Assembly (NCBI GenBank): GCA_036172245.1
Contig: JAYWIR010000019.1
Span: 3,534,001 to 3,598,000, forward strand
Direction: 5' to 3'
DNA from: Raillietiella orientalis
Lineage: Eukaryota
DNA length: 64,000 nt
Shown: positions 36,660-48,899 of the stretch, one piece after another
Position numbering within the stretch: the stretch's first letter is position 1
Layout of the letters: every line of letters starts with the position of its first letter
Position numbers and translations under genes: made by a program
The notes under the pieces: model-generated
What the model was told of the DNA's origin: nothing
Seen by the model: only the letters and a program-made list of their open reading frames with translations
Database searches by the model: none

Positions 36660-38250
36660 AGGAGGAAACTGTAGTAGACGAAAGCTAAGCGGGCAGAAAG
36701 CATCCCGGTGCTTAAACAGGGACTGGACTCGACTTTGGAATAGCAGCGACAGCGAAATTGGTGCTTGGGTGATTGCGATTGAAGAACGAGACGATAGGAA
36801 ATCGAACGCAAAGAGGATTGGGGCGGTAGTTACTGGGGCTGATGCTAGAATTAGGTTTCGAGGGATCCAAACTTTTATTTTCAGGAAAAGAAAAAAAAAA
36901 TGTTGCTTTTTTTTTTTCCAGCTGTGGAGCATAAAACTTGAAGCGCACGCTGTTTCTACACTGACCGCTTGTAAGCGAGCTGGACACAAGGATCTCTGGT
37001 TTGCTGCTTTTCCGGTGGGTCTGACGGACATTCTGAATCGTTCCTCAGGATGCAGGAAGAGAGAGAGATCCAACGGGACCTGCAAAGCCAGCACACCTTT
37101 CACTTCCACGTCCTCAAGATAATCATCCAATAATCCTACAGAGCTACTCGCCGGCAGCTCCGCATTGGGTATTCATGTGAGGGAAAGTTCCTTCTAGTTC
37201 CCATCCTCACTAATCTGCTTCCGAATTGATGCTCTTCCCTTTTCCTTCTGCAGTTAAAATAAGAGCTGGAAAAAATTAGATGGGGCCTTCTTTTTTCTCT
37301 TTCGACCTCCTGTCCTTACTCATAAATGCTCAAGTGCTATCAGTTCCTCTCACGATTTGAGATTCAGAATTCATTCCCGAATTTGCAGAGGGAAAGAACT
37401 CAAGTCCTGGTTCGTGAGCGACAGTGCAGAATCCCGTTGTCGGTGCCACTTCTAGCATTTGCCTGCCTCGTTCCTTCCTGAGATTCGACTCCCGATCCCC
37501 TACCGAGAACTTGCACGTGCCGTCACTGCTTCCGGTTCGTGGACTCTCCTCCATCCAACCCTTTCGCTCCTTCAAGTCTGGCTGACCTATGGGGAGATTT
37601 GGGAAGAAGATAGTAGTGACTGCTTCGCCTGACTTTGCCTCCAGGACCACGTGTTTCGATCGCCCCACAGAGTTTGCTGCCACATTCCTGACCTCATCTA
37701 CCCTCGGTGGAGTTTTTGTTCTGCTGAGTCGCGCAAGATATCGTTACCAAGGCGATGAAGAAAGGAGAGAGGAGGGGGGTAAGAACAACAAAACAAGGAA
37801 AAATTCCAGAAATTCAATGATGATGCTTTGCTCTGTGCATGGAAACGGACGAAGCAGGAAGACTTCATGGACATTCACTGGATGACGGAACAGGAAAAAG
37901 GAAGGCAGTCCGCTTGCGATCCGGATAGTTCCAGCTTTACTGAAGACGGAAGTGGCGCGACAGCGTGGTGATGGAGGCCCTGCAGACTTCACGAGCTTCG
38001 CTTTCGCGCCGCTCGCCGGAATGGGCCGCTTTGGTGGAGGGATAGAGTGTTCCCCATCTAAAGTTCTGTTTTTTCCGGGACTCGTTTTCAGCCAAACAGG
38101 ATGCGCCCGATCCGTACATCCCCCCGTGTTCCCTAGAAATCTGGCTCCCTGGTCGGAGTTCCGAGCTCTGAAGTCATTAGATCTAGGAGTAAGGGTCACT
38201 AAAGGTAGCTCTGACCTCTTGGAAGGGAGAGGGCGTGCCGGAATGAGCTT
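36660..38250 (-). mobile_element. BEL/Pao LTR retrotransposon pol remnant
   Basis: In order: protease-like LVTLTP..DQGARFL; GWMEESP..SGMNSESQIVRGT (GxIE.V..SLNxxLxxGP); HEYP..DY / MDDYL (YVDD); ERFRM..KAAN (GF..KWxSN); VWIP. Confidence 0.5.
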
Positions 38251-39553
38251 CAGCGGAAGCTGGCAACGGCACCTAGAAGAGATCCTAGAGACGTCCCGGA
38301 GACATACACGCACTGTCCGAAGACAGTAAACTGCATCTGCTCCTGCACATGGATGAGGCGCGCACGTCGAATATTTCGCAGCTCGCCCCGCGCACTGTGA
38401 TCTTCTTTGGCTGCGGAGGAGAGATCTTCGAAGTAATCAGACCAAGATCTCTTCGTATGAAGATGATCCCGTCTCTTCTGTGAAGTCTGATCGTAGGACT
38501 ACGGTTTGCTAGATCAGATCAAACCAGAGCGGCATTTTAGCGCAGCTGCTTCTCTCCCGAGGAAGACTGCAAGCACGCGAGGATGAGATAGCAGAGATGC
38601 TGGACTCCAAGAGGATGCCCGACTCACGCTCAGGAAGGGAGAGAAGCTGGAAGTCAGCCTCTCCGGAGGAAGCTGTCTTCAGGGATTCGCTCCGCCGAGC
38701 GCAAGCGGGAGCACGCCTGTAGCGTGCGCAGGCGGAACTGCAGGCCTTCGGAGAGAGACCTCTGCAGCCGCGTCAATGAAACGCTTCGAGATGCAGCCAA
38801 GTGCTCCTGCAGCTGGATGCGAAGGTGGAGAACGTCCAGATCGAGGTCGCGGTTTTCCAGGAGCACTTGAGTGCAAGCACCGAGAACCGTCTGCATGGTA
38901 CCATCGGTCCCGAGAAGAAACGGTCCCTGCAGACATCGCTGAGGGTTGCGGCGCTTCCCCTGGTCGCCTCGAGCTACGAAGAGGAAGCACAGGGTCTGTC
39001 GAACCAGCTCCAAGACGCGAGAAAGAGGACGGCGTCTGAGAAGCATCAGATGCGCTACGTGAGCAAAGGGCGGGAGGGAGCCGCTGTACGAATTCTGCTT
39101 CTCCAAAAACTGCTCCGACGGACAAAACAGGAGGGCAGCATTCTTGGCCATCCTGAACGCTGCGCCAAGAGACGGAGCTGCCAAGGCACACCGAAAAGTG
39201 GAGCGGGTGCTATGTTCCTCAAAGGGCGCCCCATTTCAGCGAAAGGAGTGTCCTTTCTGCCTGGCGTGAGATCCAGCTTATCAGCAGGGATCTTCAGCAG
39301 TTGGGCTGCTGTGCAGCCAGTTGAGATCCAAACGGAGACAGAGGAAGAGATCGATACATCCGAGGCTTCTCCCGATTCACGCCGAAGCGAAAGACCTGGA
39401 GATGTTACAGCTGCTACAGTAGATCCCCATAAGATCCGAGAGCGGGTACGAGGTCAACGACAGCAGTTGGTGCCTGGAAAGAGGAGCAGAGCGCGCGAGG
39501 CTTACCCGAACTGCAATGATGGCAGGAGGCTTTCATAACAAAGGCTACGTGCA

Positions 39554-40451
39554 CGTCAGGAAGCAGATTGGATCCCCGCACAAACCCGACGCATCCTCAG
39601 GAAATGCTCTCTTCATTTCTCGAGAAGAAGAATTAACCAACTGGATAGTTGCCACATCGACCGCTCGAAGGGATGCCGCGATCGCACCACGGTCCAGATA
39701 GACACGGCTTCGCCTGGGGCAGCTGCCCGAAGCGGCTGACACGGAACCGTCGCGAAGTCCTCGCCTACAGGGCCTCTCGGCGAGAGGTGCGCGCGTGCCA
39801 GCAGAATCCAGCCGTCATCTTCATCTCGGGACGCTCGTGTTCGGGAGGAGGCCCGAAGGCGAGCCGGGCAGAAACGTCATCCGGACGAACGCGACCTGCT
39901 TGCGGGCAGGCACGCTCCAACGCACCCGAACCTGGCTCCCGGAAGCGCATGAGGAACAGGTGCGCGCCCCATCACGAAGACCACGTCCCGCGTCCAGGTG
40001 CTCACCGCGTGCCCAGGACACGGTCGCTCGCAGCCGGCGCGAGCGGCACCTGCCGGGGGCACTCCGGTCGAGCGCCAACGGTGACACAGGCACTTGGTCA
40101 GCTGAGAAAGCGGCGCGGAGAAGACGGGAGGAAAGCCGTTCCGTCCTCTGGGAGACCGAAGAGAAGGGCGAGGCGACGACGCTCGAAGGAGCGCAGCGCG
40201 GAGGTCGAGGATGAGACCGCTCGCCGACAGAGGGCGGGTCAGGATGGCCGGCGCGCGGGGCGGGGAGCACGCGGGAAGGGTCGCGCGCAGTCGGGAGACT
40301 CGGGGGAGAGGGCGCAACCGCCGGCCGGCCACCCATTCCACGCCAGCGAGCGCTCGGCAGGGCGGCCGGGAGTGCGGTGGAGCCCCGGGGATCGCCTCCC
40401 GCGCCCGGGAGGGGTCTGGCGGAATCGCCTGCAGCATCTCCGGCTGGCGAG
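39554..40451 (+). mobile_element. L1/Tx1-like ORF1 relic; near-identical inverted repeat copy B (partner 7983-8851)
   Basis: Reverse complement of 7983-8851, carrying an extra 30 bp (cgcgagcggcacctgccgggggcactccgg) bounded by ccgg microhomology. The repeat itself is certain; the ORF1 identity is tentative. Confidence 0.7.
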
Positions 40452-41480
40452 TTTTTCACCTGGTCAACGCCAGGGCGTTTATTTAAAATAAACCAGTTGG
40501 GAATATCTTTTTTCCAAAGGATGACCACAGGAAGCGAAGGGGGAGAGTCCACCAGCACTTAGTCTGGGAAAACGGAAAGTCCGGAACGGGGGAGAGACAA
40601 GGAAACAACCAAAAAAACAAAGTGGGTAAGAGGGGCAGGGACCTTTGGTGTCGCTTCGTATTCACCAAGATAAAAAAAAGCACCAAGACAGTAACAGAGC
40701 GAATGGGGACGGAAGATTAGAAAAAAAAAATAAATGGAAGAGGACGTAGAGGAAGGAGGGGACAAGGATCACCAGGTCTGCCGTTCCAAGCCGTCCATCA
40801 ACCGGTGGTTCATGCCGATGATCGCCTTGGTTTCGTCTTCTAGGTGAGACCACCTTGCAGTCGCCCTGATGTAGGTGGCTGTCATCCTGGTGACCTCCCT
40901 TCGCTGTACAGTGGTCTCCAGCACGTCGGACCGTGACGATGGCGCGTATGCAGTCCACGGTTGCAATAACTGCACCTGTCGAGAGTCCCCTCAGCGCGAT
41001 GAACAGCCGCTGCACGTCTCGGACTGTGTCCTCCTGGTGCAGGAGTGCTGCTGCCAGCTTCTGCGACAGTTCTTGTAGGGCACCACAGTCCAAATGCAGG
41101 TGCAGGATCGACTCTGTCGACCCGCATCTGGCACAGTTCGAAGATGCAACCCCTCCGGAGACTCGATGCCTCGCTCGTTACACTGAAATCCCCAGTAGAT
41201 GAAGAGCAGTACGTCCTGCTACCATGCAAGGAGGAACCACGAACTGTCCACACAATAAGGAGAGACCACAATTTCTTCAGGGACAAAAATTAAAAGTTCG
41301 TCCCACCGAAGGAGTCCCGTCGCCACTGCAAGCAGAGTGGCAGCGTTCACCAGCTCACGCGTCTTCCAGCCACCAAGGAGTCTAGTGCTTCCCGCGAAGG
41401 TGCAGGAAAACTCCTAATTCGCCGGTAGGTTACTGACGCTTCTTCCCCTGAGGGCAGACAGCGCTGCAGCGAGAGGTGTG
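40452..41480 (-). mobile_element. 5'-truncated L1/Tx1-clade insertion with short A-tail and 10-bp target-site duplication
   Basis: Translates TPLAAALSALRGRSVSNLPAN..LGGWKTRELVNAAT..GLLRWDE..NCARCGSTESILHLHLDC, colinear with 5184-6118. T5 at 40452-40456; ggctggcgag at both 40442-40451 and 41481-41490. Confidence 0.85.
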
Positions 41481-41490
41481 GGCTGGCGAG

Positions 41491-43100
41491 GAGTCCTTGC
41501 GGCGCAGGTGCTCCGTCCCTCCAAGTCGGCTGCGTCCATCTGGGGCTCGACTCCCTGCCCTCCACGAAGCTCTCTCGGGGATTCACCTCTTCCCGGGGTC
41601 ACCATTCGGGCCCCTCCCGTCTCTTTCCCTCGAGAGGGAGGAAGTAAGGAAGAAAGGGAAGATGCGCTCTTGGGTTCTGCCGCTTCCGGATTTGGTCTGG
41701 ATCATCGACTCAGCAGCATCACCGGTTTCTCCAAGACCAACCGCGCGTCACGTGGACTCATCCTCCATTTTCCAGAGTGGAAGCAACCTGTCCAAAAAGC
41801 CAGGAGTTCTTCCTTCTGAGCCTCAGGAAGCGCTCGCCTTTCCCTCGTCTCCCGAATATGGGAAGTTCCCTCGTTGAAGATTCACGGGAGCAGCAGATAT
41901 GCCCGTTCGGGAACGAGCGATCTGCATGAGGACCTGTGCTGGCTCCATCGAAAGAGCAGCAGCATGAGAAGTCCATGCAATGAGCGCGAAGACGGGATTA
42001 GTTCGGATCCTGGTTCATAGTACTGGAAGCTCTAAGCATCAACGTTGGGGAGTCTAGAGGACCCCTCTCATGTCAGGGAAGGCAAGCGGAAAGAGAAGTG
42101 GTTGCTTTCTCTTTCTCTTCTTATATCTCCACTTCTATTTCTACTTCCTGTCTCTCTCCCTTCCCTCCGCTACACTTTGATCAGAGAGGATCCTCCCCTG
42201 CAGATCCCTCGCTGAATCCGGTCGAATCTTCCCTCGACGCACGATTTCCACTCGGAAACGTCTGGTGGCTGATGATCCCGCTACTCCTTTCCCTGGGATG
42301 CTATCAGCGCCGTCGAGCCGCGCCAGCTACAAGGAGACTGGGATCGACCCTCGTCCGCTTTCGGTGCCCTTCGATGCTCATGGAAGTCTCTGAAGGGGCC
42401 TATTCTCAACCCGAGCGCCGCTGGGAAATCTCAGGAAATCTCTGAGGCCGTTTCTCCTCCGCCGTGCCTCTTGACTCCTACTCTGCGTCGTTGAGGAAGC
42501 TCTCCGAGTGGCGGAGCCATCCCCCAACTCAGGGACATCAACACCCATACACTTGACCGTCTCCTGACCACCTCTATGCCAGGGAGGGAGGTGGCACATC
42601 TCCCCCATGGAGAAGGGGAAGCGAAGGAGAACGAGATCTGCGTCTCCGACGGGCGCAAAGATGAGCAGTGATAACGTCCCTGCCAACTACGCATTTCCGT
42701 TGCGTGGTTGAAGGCCTCGATGGATACCTTGGAGTGACCAATCGGCAGCAGTCATCCCCCTCTGGCTGGGGCATTCAGGAGGAGAGCTGGAAGAAGGAAA
42801 AACTCGAACTGGGATCTTCGCTCGGCACGCACCACAGCGAGGGTCGTCGGCTCTCCTGCGCCGCCCGACCCTTGCTTGGAGGCTGCAGAACTCCTTGGAA
42901 GGTGATCGCCAGGTTCGCTCACCCGACCGGGGCGATTGCATGCATTCGGGATCCTCTCATCGCAGCCCTTCGGGGGCTCCTGGCGCTCTTCTCGCGCTCA
43001 ATCTTTCCCATTTGCGTAGCGAGCGGCCAGTCGCGTCTCCAAAGACGCTCCCGGAAGTCTCTCCCTATGATCGGTTGCTCTCCGGGTTCACTTCAAGTGA
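41491..43100 (+). mobile_element. L1/Tx1-like APE start and RT remnant
   Basis: 41483-41610 aligns ungapped (~75%) to the reverse complement of 7863-7990. Then LLSL..LGSTLVRFR..AYSQ..ISGNL, LLLCVVEEAL, TGAKMS, YLGV..W..SEGRRL, all RT motifs in order. Confidence 0.6.
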
Positions 43101-43229
43101 GGAACTGTGCCATAGCAACGCCACACATACATACACCACCGCCAAAGGAGACGATCGGGTGGCGGCACCTGCTTCAACGTGCGAGGGAGCGGAGAAGAGG
43201 GATGCGCGCTAACTCGGCGACCTCTGCAG

Positions 43230-44330
43230 GTTGACCTCAGCTCGTCATCTTCCTCCTGAGGAACCTGCTCCCGTAGGAACGCCACGGTTCCTTCCTTCCT
43301 CCGAGTGGGCGCCGCCGGAGGGACCGAGCGCGCGGCTCCGCGCCCGCATGAGGCCGGCGCTGGGAGGCGGCAGGCGGATGCGGCTCTTCGGGAGCAGGGG
43401 TGCTGGCGCGCGCGCGCGCCAGCGCCAGGCACCTGCAGCCTGCGACGCCATTCCTCGAGGCCGCGGTCGCGGCGGCAACAGGTGGAGCGGGGAGATGCGG
43501 GCGAGAGTACCGCCGGCGCAGCGATCTTCTCCCGGCCAGGAGGCGAGGAGGAGGCTGCGAATCGGAGGGAGAGGAGCGGGTGGAGGAGGAGGAGTTCCAG
43601 GCGCATGATTGTTCCCGCAGCTGGGTGCGAACCCGCTTTCCCGCCTCCGAGGCGCTTAAAAGCGGGCGCCGCCGGAACAGCTCGGTCCGCATCTTCTCCG
43701 CGGAGTGCGTCGTGCCCGTCCCCTTCCCGTGTGAGTGCGGAGCAGAAGCCCGGAAGGACAGCGGTCTCCCGCCCCACGAACACCCGCACCGCCTCACGGT
43801 AGGTAGGTGAGCGCGCGCGCGCCCGCAGTGGCGACGTGGCCTGCCCGCCGCACGGGGACGGCTCACCCTCCCCGTGGGAAGATCGCCGCCGCTGACGCGA
43901 CCCCACCCCAGAGCGTCTCGGACGCAGAAAGAGAACGTTGGCTCCTCCTGGAAGACCGTACGCCAGACGCGATCTTCTCGCACCTGCAAACGCACCAGGT
44001 GCTGCGGCACGCTGAAGTATCCGCGAGGTGATCCGGGAAACAGAGTTCGGCGCGCCTGCTCCCGGAGTCCAGGACCCGCGGCAGTCATAGTGACGCGAGA
44101 AACGGTGCGGTTGAGCGAGAGGCAGAGGGGTCCTGGCCTCTCAACTACAGAGGTCGAGGTGACCCCCGCGGTGGCACGAGGAATCGGATAAGACCCCTGT
44201 CACCCCTGATGGGAAGGGTTCCCTCCACTCCCGTGCGGCGGGCAAGGTAAACGGAAGGGCAACTCCAGAGGCGCACCCGGGCTGCGAGGGCGGCCCCTCT
44301 TTGATGTAGGCACCAGACTTCAAGATCGCC
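43230..44330 (-). mobile_element. Possible L1/Tx1 ORF1 (gag-like) relic, very GC-rich
   Basis: RVTMTAAGPGLREQARRTLF..HLVRLQV..GRPRRHCGRARAHLPTVRRCG resembles an RRM followed by zinc knuckles; weak. Confidence 0.3.
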
Positions 44331-45220
44331 GTGGCGACGCACCCGCGTGCACGACAGGGACGAAGGAGCTGCCAGAAATGGGGCTCGCCCCTTCCTCAAG
44401 GGCCGCTCCCTTCATGCCCACCCGAGTTTTTCCCTTCCCTTTCCAGTTTCCCGAAGACACGTTTCGCCATTGGGAATGTCTTTGCGTACCACCACCTGGA
44501 GCATTTCGACCCCGGGAGGAAGGGATCAGTCTGGATGCTTCAGGCGGTCTTGCGAACAAGTGAAATTCAGGGTCCGCGGTCCAGCTGGAGGGAGAGGCCC
44601 TCGGACACTGGGGTGGGGCGTGAGTTGGTCGAAAGCATGCGAACTCCCGGAGACGAGCAACGAAGTCTAGGGTGCTGTCATGATGACCTCCGTGATTCTT
44701 TCCAAGGCTCTCCATCCTCTGCAAGAGAGAGAGAGGAAAAAAAAGTGGGATTGCACAACCGAGCTCCTGGAGGGTGCTGACCTTGGAACAAGAAATTTGT
44801 CCCAGGCAGAACCTCAGCCTCGTCGCTACTCAGGGAGACACATGGCACAGATGTGGGTGGGTCGGAAAGCTGGGGGCTTCCCGCTGGCGCGTCTAGGAGG
44901 AAGAGCAGTCTCCGAAGGGACGCGCGACGACCCCGATGGAGGTGGAGTGGGAAGGCTGCGATATGGCCCGAGAGAGGCCAGCGTGGGGTCACCAAAGAAG
45001 GGCCGGAGCGGACCGAACCCCTCGTCCTATGAGGATGCTGTGCCAAGTGCTCCAAGAAGCTGAGGACCACTCCCGCTAGATAGTTTCCAGGAGCCCCGAG
45101 AGAGAACGATGCCTAGAATGCGCGCGCCTCCCTACTCTTCCGCGTCGACCTCATCCCGCCTGCGTCGTCTTCGTCCGGGAGGGCTGCTGTCGCGGCAGTG
45201 AGGCCGAGGCTCGCCCGCGA

Positions 45221-45883
45221 GCACCCTTCGAGAAGGATTGGAGTGTTCCCCGACCCGCATCCCACCCTCGCCAAAAGAGGCAGACTGGACGGAGGAGATG
45301 CGCGCCCGTGTCCCGAGACGCCCGGCGTCCGCTCTGGAGTAGGACGGAGGAGGCGAGGAGTCGCACCCCAGCACTTCCACGAGGAATTGAGAGCTTCGAA
45401 ACGCGAAGGGCTGCTCCAGGCGGGAGCGGAGGTACCCCTTCCCCATCCTCCCCCACTGGAGGCTGCGGGACGAAAGGCTCTTTCCGGATGCGGGGACGCG
45501 CGGGAACCAAGCAGGAAGGCGGAAGGGATGGGAGGGAGAAAGCTGCGATCGAGCTCCAGATAATCAGCTCAGCCTGCCCGCGTTGGGCGAGCAATGGCAG
45601 ATGGATACTGCGCGACCCCCGAAATGAGTCTTGCGGAATCATCCGATTGCGCGATCCGACGTGGTTGCATCCGGAGGACGTGATCGGAAGGGAGGTCTCT
45701 TTGTGCTCGCTGGGAGGGAGATCCCCACGCAGAGCACGGGGAGCAACCCATCCCCTTCCTCCTCCGGAGCAAACACCAAGGGTCTCGGGATGTGGGCGCT
45801 CATCTCCTCCGTCCGGTCTGTCTCTTTCTGTGCGGGGGTGGGATGCGGGTCGGGGGAACACTCCGACCCTTCTCGGAGGGCGC
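45221..45883. repeat. Imperfect inverted repeat (arms ~45221-45385 and ~45720-45883)
   Basis: gagtgttccccgacccgcatcccaccc..cagactggacggaggagatg is mirrored by catctcctccgtccggtctg..gggtgggatgcgggtcgggggaacactcc. Confidence 0.85.
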
Positions 45884-46759
45884 GATCCCTCAGAGCTCTT
45901 CTTTGGTGACCCCGCGCTGGTCCTCTCGGGCGATATAGCTGCCTCCTCTCCCATGCCGGAAGGAAAGGAGAGGACCCGGACCCCTTTCGAGAGGCGATGC
46001 GGGCCGGCGGCTCCTATCCCGGGTGAAACGGCGGCGTCCCCGCGAAGGAAGAGGGAAGATGCTCCAGGCGCGGATCTCTCGCGCGGACCTGCGATCGCGA
46101 CGCGCGCGCCCTCGGCTGATCGAACCCTTCTAGAAAGATTCTCTCCGGAATCCGCCCTTCTTCGAAGAACTCTCGGCGGCGTCTCTCCGCTGGACCAGAG
46201 ACTCAATTTTTTTTTGTGTGTGTTCTTTCGCGAACCGACGCGCCACAGTGGCTCTAAGTAGGATGAGAACCGCACGATGAAGAAGACAGAGCCTTGGCAG
46301 ATCCTCGGGTTTCAAGGTCCCTGAGGATCCCCGGCTGCGCGTTACCCCGGCAGCAGCGGAGAGAGATCCCGAGTCATCCTCGGTTTTCACAGGTCGCTTC
46401 CCTCAATGATCCTCTCTCTCCTCCGCATGCTGCGATCAGACCAACAAATACTCGAGCTGCCGTCTTCCGTGGGTACGGTGGAGGATACTCTTTCTAGAGA
46501 GAAAGAGAGAGAAGGAGGGGGCAGGGATGGGGAGAGGGAGAGAATAGCTCCTCCCTCCTCTGCGTGGAAATCGGCATCCTGGGAATTTCTTTCCTTCTCC
46601 TACTTCCTGTAGACTGCATTCCGACGGCTGCTTAAGAAACTGGGGAAAACTTTCTCGTCCCTCTAGGGCGCCCTACTTCCCGGAGTCGATTCCTCCCTTC
46701 CTGGTTCTTCCCACTCCCCCCCCTTTTTTTTGTCTTCTTTTCCTTTCTCCCTGATTAAC

Positions 46760-47700
46760 TGCGATGGGATCTGAAAGTGCCCGGCCGTTAATTCTGATGG
46801 AGTCGTGCGCGCGATGCGGCGCCCCATTGGTCCTCCTTCCTTCGGAAGACCGAGGAGGAAGTAGCCCTTCCCCGGCGTTCCCCCTTCCCCTTCCCTACGG
46901 GCACCTCGGGACGGCGCACCGTGGAAGCTCGCCTGCCGAGGTCCGCAGCCTTTGGAGGAGCTCGGAGCGATCCGGGGCTAGGAGCGCCTACGGCCGCCGG
47001 GAGAGCGTGCACACGAGCCACTTCACGCGACTCATGAAGCGGCACGCGTCCCCTCCCCCTTTATCCTTTTCTGGAAACCTCCGAGGATCGTCCCCGCGGG
47101 AAAGTCGGAATCACGCGGCCCGCGGAGCGCTCCCGAAGGAGCTCAGGGATCGCGATCGCGGGAACGCGAGTGCTGCGAGCAGCGCGTCTCTTTTTTCCGA
47201 TTCTTTCCCCTCACCGGGGATCTGCAGCACCCTTCGGCTTCGCGCCTTCCCCGTCTCATCACTTGGCTCGGACGAAGAGAAGGCGGGAGCAGCTCCGAGG
47301 GACTCCCGGACGGGGCGATACGGGTTCGCGTGTTTCCAACGCAATCCCAGGTTTTCTTGCTGCCACCTCCCGACGGGCCCTTTTCCTCAGCCTTGCCTCT
47401 TTGGGTCCCGGTTCCATCCATGGAGCGTGCGCGTTTCTCTCGAACCCTTCCAAGGATATCAGGGACTTGCGAAACTAGGAGATAGTGCGGCGGCACACGG
47501 AGGAGGTCGGGAAACCTCGCAGCATCCCTTCCAAACGAACGCTGCCCTCCTTACTCTTAGGTCAAAGGGCAGAGATGTTCAGCAAGTTAAGCCCTGCTCT
47601 TGAAAGGGTTAGATTGAGGGAGCGGCGTCTCTGGGGAAAAGCATACGGCAGCTGTTACCTTCGTGGCACCCCTCCGAATAATCCTGCTCATACGGAAGTG
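46760..47700 (+). mobile_element. L1/Tx1-like APE endonuclease remnant
   Basis: LPYGH..EVRSLW (NxYAP..F), PPLSFSGNL (PxIxxGDFN), LFSDSF (LxDxW), later RVRLRERRLWGK. Confidence 0.35.
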
Positions 47701-48254
47701 AGGACAGAGAGGACCGGGAGGAAGGCGCGCTCCACCCTGGAGCATCCCCCTGCAGCCGAGCCCCGCTGAGTCTTCGAGAGCAGAGAGAGAAACAGGTCCT
47801 CTCTTGGAACCAGGAGGAATGGGAGTGGGGTGCCTTTCCGACCCAGAAGTTCTCTCGGATCCCGGCCTGGCCACGGCCGCAGGCTCTCTGTCGTCCACAG
47901 CCCATCGCTCGGCGGGGCCGCCGCCTCCGACACTCCGTCCGCTGCTCGCTGCAGCGTAGCTTTGAGCTCCGGGAGGTTTCGCGAGCCACGACGCTGACTG
48001 ACCGACCCCCTGAAGGCTTTCGCTGTTTCCGCCATCCCTCTGCTCATTCCTAGGCTGATCCCAGACAACCGAGGATGCAGCCCGATGGAGCGTCATTGCA
48101 TGCAGCATTGCATTCTGGGAGCAGCGGCTTCCAAAATGACTTCCCATACCTTAGCACTCGTTGGAGAGGGGAAAGCCACTTTATCCCAAACGGATGCGGT
48201 GGTGGGACTTAGTATTCTCGTCATCCGGAGACGGCGGAAAGGATGGAGAGTGAC

Positions 48255-48530
48255 CTTCTTCTTTTTTCCTTCCTTCTCTACTTCCTCTTCTTCCTTTCCT
48301 CCTGCACTTACACTCTTCCGCCTCCTCCTTCTCTTTCTCTTTTCCTCCTCTTCTTCCTGTTCTTCTTCTTCCCTTCCTCCTCCTCTTTCACCATACCTCC
48401 TCTCTTCCTTCTCCTCTTCTTCCTCTCGAGTGTCCCTGCGGCGACACGGAGACCCTCTGTTAGCATCGTTGGTGTTGTTGGCCTCTTCCTCTGGGGACAA
48501 CCTCTTTCTCCTCCTCTCTTCCTCCTCTTT
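48255..48530. repeat. Pyrimidine-rich (TCC/TTC) low-complexity tract
   Basis: Direct reading; it generates the poly-Glu/Arg ORF 48093-48803(-). Confidence 0.9.
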
Positions 48531-48899
48531 CTGTCCAGGGTTCCTGCAGTCCCCGGGAAATGCCGTCACAGGACGCCTCTCTGACCCGAAATGCGAAAGT
48601 GATGGAGATCTTGGTCCCCAAAGACGCAGAGACCCCCCGCGCGGCAGCCACACCTTCACAATCAGAGACCGCAGGGACCGATGAAAGTTGCTGGCTGATC
48701 GGGTCCGCTCGCGGGAAACGCTCGCTCCTGGGGGACCTTCGATCAAACGTTCCAGGACTGCAGGGAGAAATGTCCTCCTCTCAGCTGCAGGAAATGGACC
48801 CATGAGGAGATGATGTATCTCACAAGATGCAGATGGAATCAGCCCCGCGAACTATGAGGGGAGAAAGCCGGGGATCTCGGAAGTCACCGAACACCCCCA

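Noticed and set aside
38801..39538. 245-aa ORF with a coiled-coil-like start, possibly a retroelement gag
   Set aside because: Non-ATG start, stops just upstream in frame, and Cys/His hints split across frames; family not assignable.
45151..46275. Overlapping 374-aa (-) and 317-aa (+) ORFs
   Set aside because: GC-driven open frames over decayed repeat sequence; no domain or codon-bias support.
48093..48803. Glu/Arg-rich 236-aa ORF
   Set aside because: Translation of a purine/pyrimidine low-complexity tract.
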